NCBI RefSeq assembly: GCF_039654945.1
Contig: NW_027361688.1
Coordinates: 12,710,001-12,774,000 of the forward strand
Direction: 5' to 3'
From: Dendrobates tinctorius
Lineage: Eukaryota
DNA length: 64,000 nucleotides
A program made the translations under genes and the position numbers. Under the pieces are notes generated by a model. The model made no database searches. It was not told the DNA's origin and worked only from the letters and a program-made list of their open reading frames with translations. Positions 59,552 through 64,000 of the stretch are shown here, in pieces; position 1 is the first letter of the stretch, and each line of letters begins with the position of its first letter.

Positions 59552-61158
59552 CAGTGGGGAAAAAAAGTATTTAGTCAGTCAGCAATAGTGCAAGTTCCAC
59601 CACTTAAAAAGATGAGAGGCGTCTGTAATTTACATCATAGGTAGACCTCAACTATGGGAGACAAACTGAGAAAAAAAAATCCAGAAAATCACATTGTCTG
59701 TTTTTTTTTCATTTTATTTGCATATTATGGTGGAAAATAAGTATTTGGTCAGAAACAAGCAATCAAGATTTCTGGCTCTCACAGACCTGTAACTTCTTCT
59801 TTAAAGAGTCTCCTCTTTCCTCCACTCATTACCTGTAGTAATGGCACCTGTTTAAACTTGTTATCAGTATAAAAAGACACCTGTGCACACCCTCAAACAG
59901 TCTGACTCCAAACTCCACTATGGTGAAGACCAAAGAGCTGTCAAAGGACACCAGAAACAAAATTGTAGCCCTGCACCAGGCTGGGAAGACTGAATCTGCA
60001 ATAGCCAACCAGCTTGGAGTGAAGAAATCAACTGTGGGAGCAATAATTAGAAAATGGAAGACATACAAGACCACTGATAATCTCCCTTGATCTGGTGCTC
60101 CACGCAAAATCCCACCCCGTGGGGTCAGAATGATCACAAGAACGGTGAGCAAAAATCCCAGAACCACGCGGGGGGACCTAGTGAATGAACTGCAGAGAGC
60201 TGGGACCAATGTAACAAGGCCTACCATAAGTAACACACTACGCCACCATGGACTCAGATCCTGCAGTGCCAGACGTGTCCCACTGCTTAAGCCTGTACAT
60301 GTCCGGGCCCGTCTGAAGTTTGCTAGAGAGCATTTGGATGATCCAGAGGAGTTTTGGGAGAATGTCCTATGGTCTGATGAAACCAAACTGGAACTGTTTG
60401 GTAGAAACACAACTTGTCGTGTTTGGAGGAAAAAGAATACTGAGTTGCATCCATCAAACACCATACCTACTGTAAAGCATGGTGGTGGAAACATCATGCT
60501 TTGGGGCTGTTTCTCTGCAAAGGGGCCAGGACGACTGATCCGGGTACATGAAAGAATGAATGGGGCCATGTATCGTGAGATTTTGAGTGCAAACCTCCTT
60601 CCATCAGCAAGGGCATTGAAGATGAAACGTGGCTGGGTCTTTCAACATGACAATGATCCAAAGCACACCGCCAGGGCAACGAAGGAGTGGCTTCGTAAGA
60701 AGCATTTCAAGGTCCTGGAGTGGCCTAGCCAGTCTCCAGATCTCAACCCTATAGAAAACCTTTGGAGGGAGTTGAAAGTCCGTGTTGCCAAGCGAAAAGC
60801 CAAAAACATCACTGCTCTAGAGGAGATCTGCATGGAGGAATGGGCCAACATACCAACAACAGTGTGTGGCAACCTTGTGAAGACTTACAGAAAACGTTTG
60901 ACCTCTGTCATTGCCAACAAAGGATATATCACAAAGCATTGAGATGAAATTTTGTTTCTGACCAAATACTTATTTTCCACCATAATATGCAAATAAAATG
61001 AAAAAAAAACAGACAATGTGATTTTCTGGATTTTTTTTTCTCAGTTTGTCTCCCATAGTTGAGGTCTACCTATGATGTAAATTACAGACGCCTCTCATCT
61101 TTTTAAGTGGTGGAACTTGCACTATTGCTGACTGACTAAATACTTTTTTTCCTCACTG
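59552..61158 (+). mobile_element. Full-length young Tc1 transposon with ~205-bp TIRs
   Basis: TA|CAGTGGGG...CCTCACTG|TA. Near-identical long TIRs at 59552-~59758 and ~60952-61158. Confidence 0.97.
59920..60942 (+). pseudogene. Tc1 DD34E transposase (340 codons) with a single nonsense codon at 60088
   Basis: MVKTKELSKDTRNKI...LP*SGAPRK...VLWSDETK...FQHDNDPKH...[11 protein letters not shown]...TKH*. Confidence 0.93.
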
Positions 61159-61398
61159 TATGTTGTTTCCAGGCCGGATGCATCCTCCGTTTCGGACCTA
61201 TATTATTAAGGCAGAGTAGACAACTCCTTTAAGTTCATCCAGGAATGATATTTTTCCTTTTTATTATTTTTAATAATGTGGCCACGTGAAACTTTACAAA
61301 TATTTTTTTTTTTTTTTTTTTGGAGCGAGAACAAAACCAAAATGTTGGATTTAAATAGTAAAGAGATTTTGTTTTCTGTGGTGAAACTTGTCCGAGAA

Positions 61399-62560
61399 TT
61401 ACAGGAACCGAATCCCAGCGCCGAACTGCACTCCGTCACAGATCCTGGAGGGGAGAGGACACGGTGAAGCAGCAGGTATCCGCTACATCTATGTAAACTA
61501 AGCCCAGACATTTCTGGGGGTTTTATCATCCCCCCCCTCATAATGTCCAAATTAGTTTAAGAACATTTTAATTACTTTTTTTTTTTTATCAAAGTTTTAT
61601 TGTTACGGACGATTCACATCAAGTTCCCAAAGGGGACTATTGAATACAGTAAATAGAAAAAAAAAAAAATCAAGTCACCCCTATTTTTACCCCATTAACC
61701 ATTTAAAAAAAAAAAATACATATTTGGTATCGTCGCGTTCGGAAATGTCCAATTTATCAAAATATAAACAAATGAATCCGATCAGTAAACAGCGTAACGA
61801 GAAAAAAAATCTAAAAGCCAAAATTATTGGGTTTTTTTGGTTGCCATAAAATCAAAACATCAAAAAGATCAGGTCAGGGCACAAAAAATGAAAGCGTTAT
61901 GGGTCTCAGAAAATGGTGGTGTTTTTTTCACCACTGCAGTAAGTAAAAAAAACTTATGTTTGTTATCTGCGAGCTCGTACTGAATCATAATGGCAGGTCA
62001 GTTATAACATATAATGAAAGTGATTAAAAAAATATTGCGGAATAGCACTTTTTTATGCAATGTCACCGCACTTGAAATTTTTTTTCCCTCATTTGCCAGC
62101 ACATTATATGGTAAAATAAATGGTGGCATTCAAAAGTACAAGTCGTCCCGCAAAAAACAAGCCCTGATATGGCTATGGGGACAGAATAATAAAGAAGTCA
62201 TAGCTCTTTGAAGAAGGGGAGGAAAAAACAGAAAATCGCTCGGGGGATGAAGTCCAGGTACAGAGTTAACTCTGATCGCGGCCAATGCTACACACGGTGC
62301 GTCAACAGCTCCCAAGATGGCGCTGCGCAGCACGATGCTGGAAGTGTTAAAGTAGCGGCCATGTGAGAAGTGATTAATGCAGTATTCTGCAGCGCCTTCA
62401 TCATCTAACCTTACGTACCTGTCTCCGCTCTGGACGCCCATGGGGATGCAGTAATTTAGTTCCAGTCTAGCGATGTTTCCAAGGCGTAGCACGATACCCG
62501 CACCGTAAGACCAGCGGATGCACTCCGCCAGCCTGCGGAGGTGAGCTCTGGGGCCCTCAC
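61399..62560 (-). CDS. SAMM50: Sorting and assembly machinery component 50, last two coding exons (gene continues beyond the window)
   Basis: Exons 62419-62560 ([48 protein letters not shown]) and 61399-61444 ([14 protein letters not shown]), GT-AG. Candidate AATAAA on the - strand at 61260-61265. Confidence 0.96.
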
Positions 62561-62601
62561 CTGGGAACAAAGAAACAATAATATTATGTTATCGCCCCTC
62601 A

Positions 62602-64000
62602 ACGTTCCCTCCACCTCCCTCCCCTCCTCTGGACGTTCCCTCCCGTCTCTCCTCTCCTCTGGACGTTCCCTCTCGTCTCCTCTTCTCTGGACGTTCCCTC
62701 CCTTCCCCTCCTCTGGAAGTTCTCTCCCGTCTCTCCTCTTCTCTGGATGTTCCCTCCCTTCCCCTCCTCTGGACGTTCTCTCCCTCCATCCCCTCCCGTC
62801 TCTCCTCTGGACGTTCCCTCCCTCCATCCTCTCCCGTCTCTCCTCTCCTCTGGACGTTCCCTCCCTCCATCCTCTCCTCTGGACGTTCCCTCCCTCCATC
62901 CTCTCCCGTCTCTCCTCTCCTCTGGACGTTCCCTCCCTCCATCCTCTCCTCTGGACGTTCCCTCCCTCCATCCTCTCCCGTCTCTCCTCTCCTCTGGACG
63001 TTCCCTCCCTCCATCCTCTCCTCTGGATGTTCCCTCCCGTCTCTCCTCTTCTCTGGACGTTCCCTCCCGTCTCTCCTCTTCTCTGGACGTTCTCTCCCTC
63101 CATCCCCTCCCGTCTCTCCTCTCCTCTGGACGTTCCCTCCCTCCATCCTCTCCCATCTCTCCTCTCCTCTGGAAGTTCCCTCCCGTCTCTCCTCTTCTCT
63201 GGATGTTCCCTCCCTTCCCCTCCTCTGGACGTTCTCTCCCTCCATCCCCTCCCGTCTCTCCTCTCCTCTGGACGTTCTCTCCCTCCATCCCCTCCCGTCT
63301 CTCCTCTCCTCTGGACGTTCTCTCCCTCCATCCCCTCCCGTCTCTCCTCTCCTCTGGACGTTCCCTCCCTCCATCCTCTCCCATCTCTCCTCTGGACGTT
63401 CCCTCCCTCCATCCCCTCCCGTCTCTCCTCTCCCATCTCTCCTCTCCTCTGGACGTTCCCTCCCTCCATCCTCTCCCATCTCTCCTCTGGACGTTCCCTC
63501 CCTCCATCCCCTCCTCTGGACGTTCTCTCCCTCCATCCCCTCCCGTCTCTCCTCTCCTCTGGACGTTCCCTCCCTCCATCCCCTCCCGTCTCTCCTCTGG
63601 ACGTTCCCTCCCTCCATCCCCTCCCGTCTCTCCTCTCCCATCTCTCCTCTCCTCTGGACGTTCCCTCCCTCCATCCTCTCCCGTCTCTCCTCTCCCATCT
63701 CTCCTCTCCTCTGGACGTTCCCTCCCTCCATCCCCTCCCGTCTCTCCTCTCCTCTGGACGTTCTCTCCCTCCATCCCCTCCCGTCTCTCCTCTCCTCTGG
63801 ACGTTCCCTCCCTCCATCCTCTCCCATATCTCCTCTGGACGTTCCCTCCCTCCATCCCCTCCCGTCTCTCCTCTCCCGTCTCTCCTCTCCTCTGGACGTT
63901 CCCTCCCTCCATCCTCTCCCATCTCTCCTCTGGACGTTCCCTCCCTCCATCCCCTCCTCTGGACGTTCTCTCCCTCCATCCCCTCCCGTCTCTCCTCTCC
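62602..64000. repeat. CT-rich modular minisatellite in a SAMM50 intron
   Basis: Core CCTCTGGACGTTC(C/T)CTCCC separated by TCCATCC(C/T)CTCCC and GTCTCTCCTCT modules. Runs off the end of the window. Confidence 0.97.

Noticed and set aside
59829-60569. 246-aa antisense ORF in the Tc1 element
   Set aside because: Shadow of the transposase frame with no independent support.
62456-63979. 437-507 aa G/E/R-rich ORFs in three frames
   Set aside because: Purine-rich minisatellite lacking stops in all frames, located in a SAMM50 intron.

Overview
Vertebrate genomic DNA, very likely an anuran (frog/toad), judged from its T2/Kolobok, Harbinger and hAT MITEs, Tc1 elements and chromodomain Gypsy. Four protein-coding genes were reconstructed by hand with GT-AG introns and matching exon phases: PARVB (- strand, 13 exons, 364 aa, 11955-32649), YARS2 (+, 5 exons, 461 aa, 36932-41030), TTC38 (+, 14 exons, 468 aa, 47924-58515) and the last two exons of SAMM50 (-, 61399-62560). 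Bases 1-7870 are a nest of mobile elements: the 3' part of a decayed chromodomain Gypsy, two solo LTRs and an interrupted Tc1. Two further near-complete Tc1 transposons, many MITEs, several minisatellites and two N gaps are also present. I see no convincing wholly new multi-gene system. The best leads are: an in-phase alternative first coding exon of PARVB ([11 protein letters not shown]...); a Penelope-like inverted insertion with a degenerate hammerhead-like motif in YARS2 intron 1; a tandem CCAAT array at the YARS2 promoter that appears to be amplified from a MITE; MITE-borne CTCF-like motifs; a candidate PU.1-driven PARVG first exon; and YARS2 plus TTC38 lying between SAMM50 and PARVB. Homology calls rest on recalled family sequences, not database searches.
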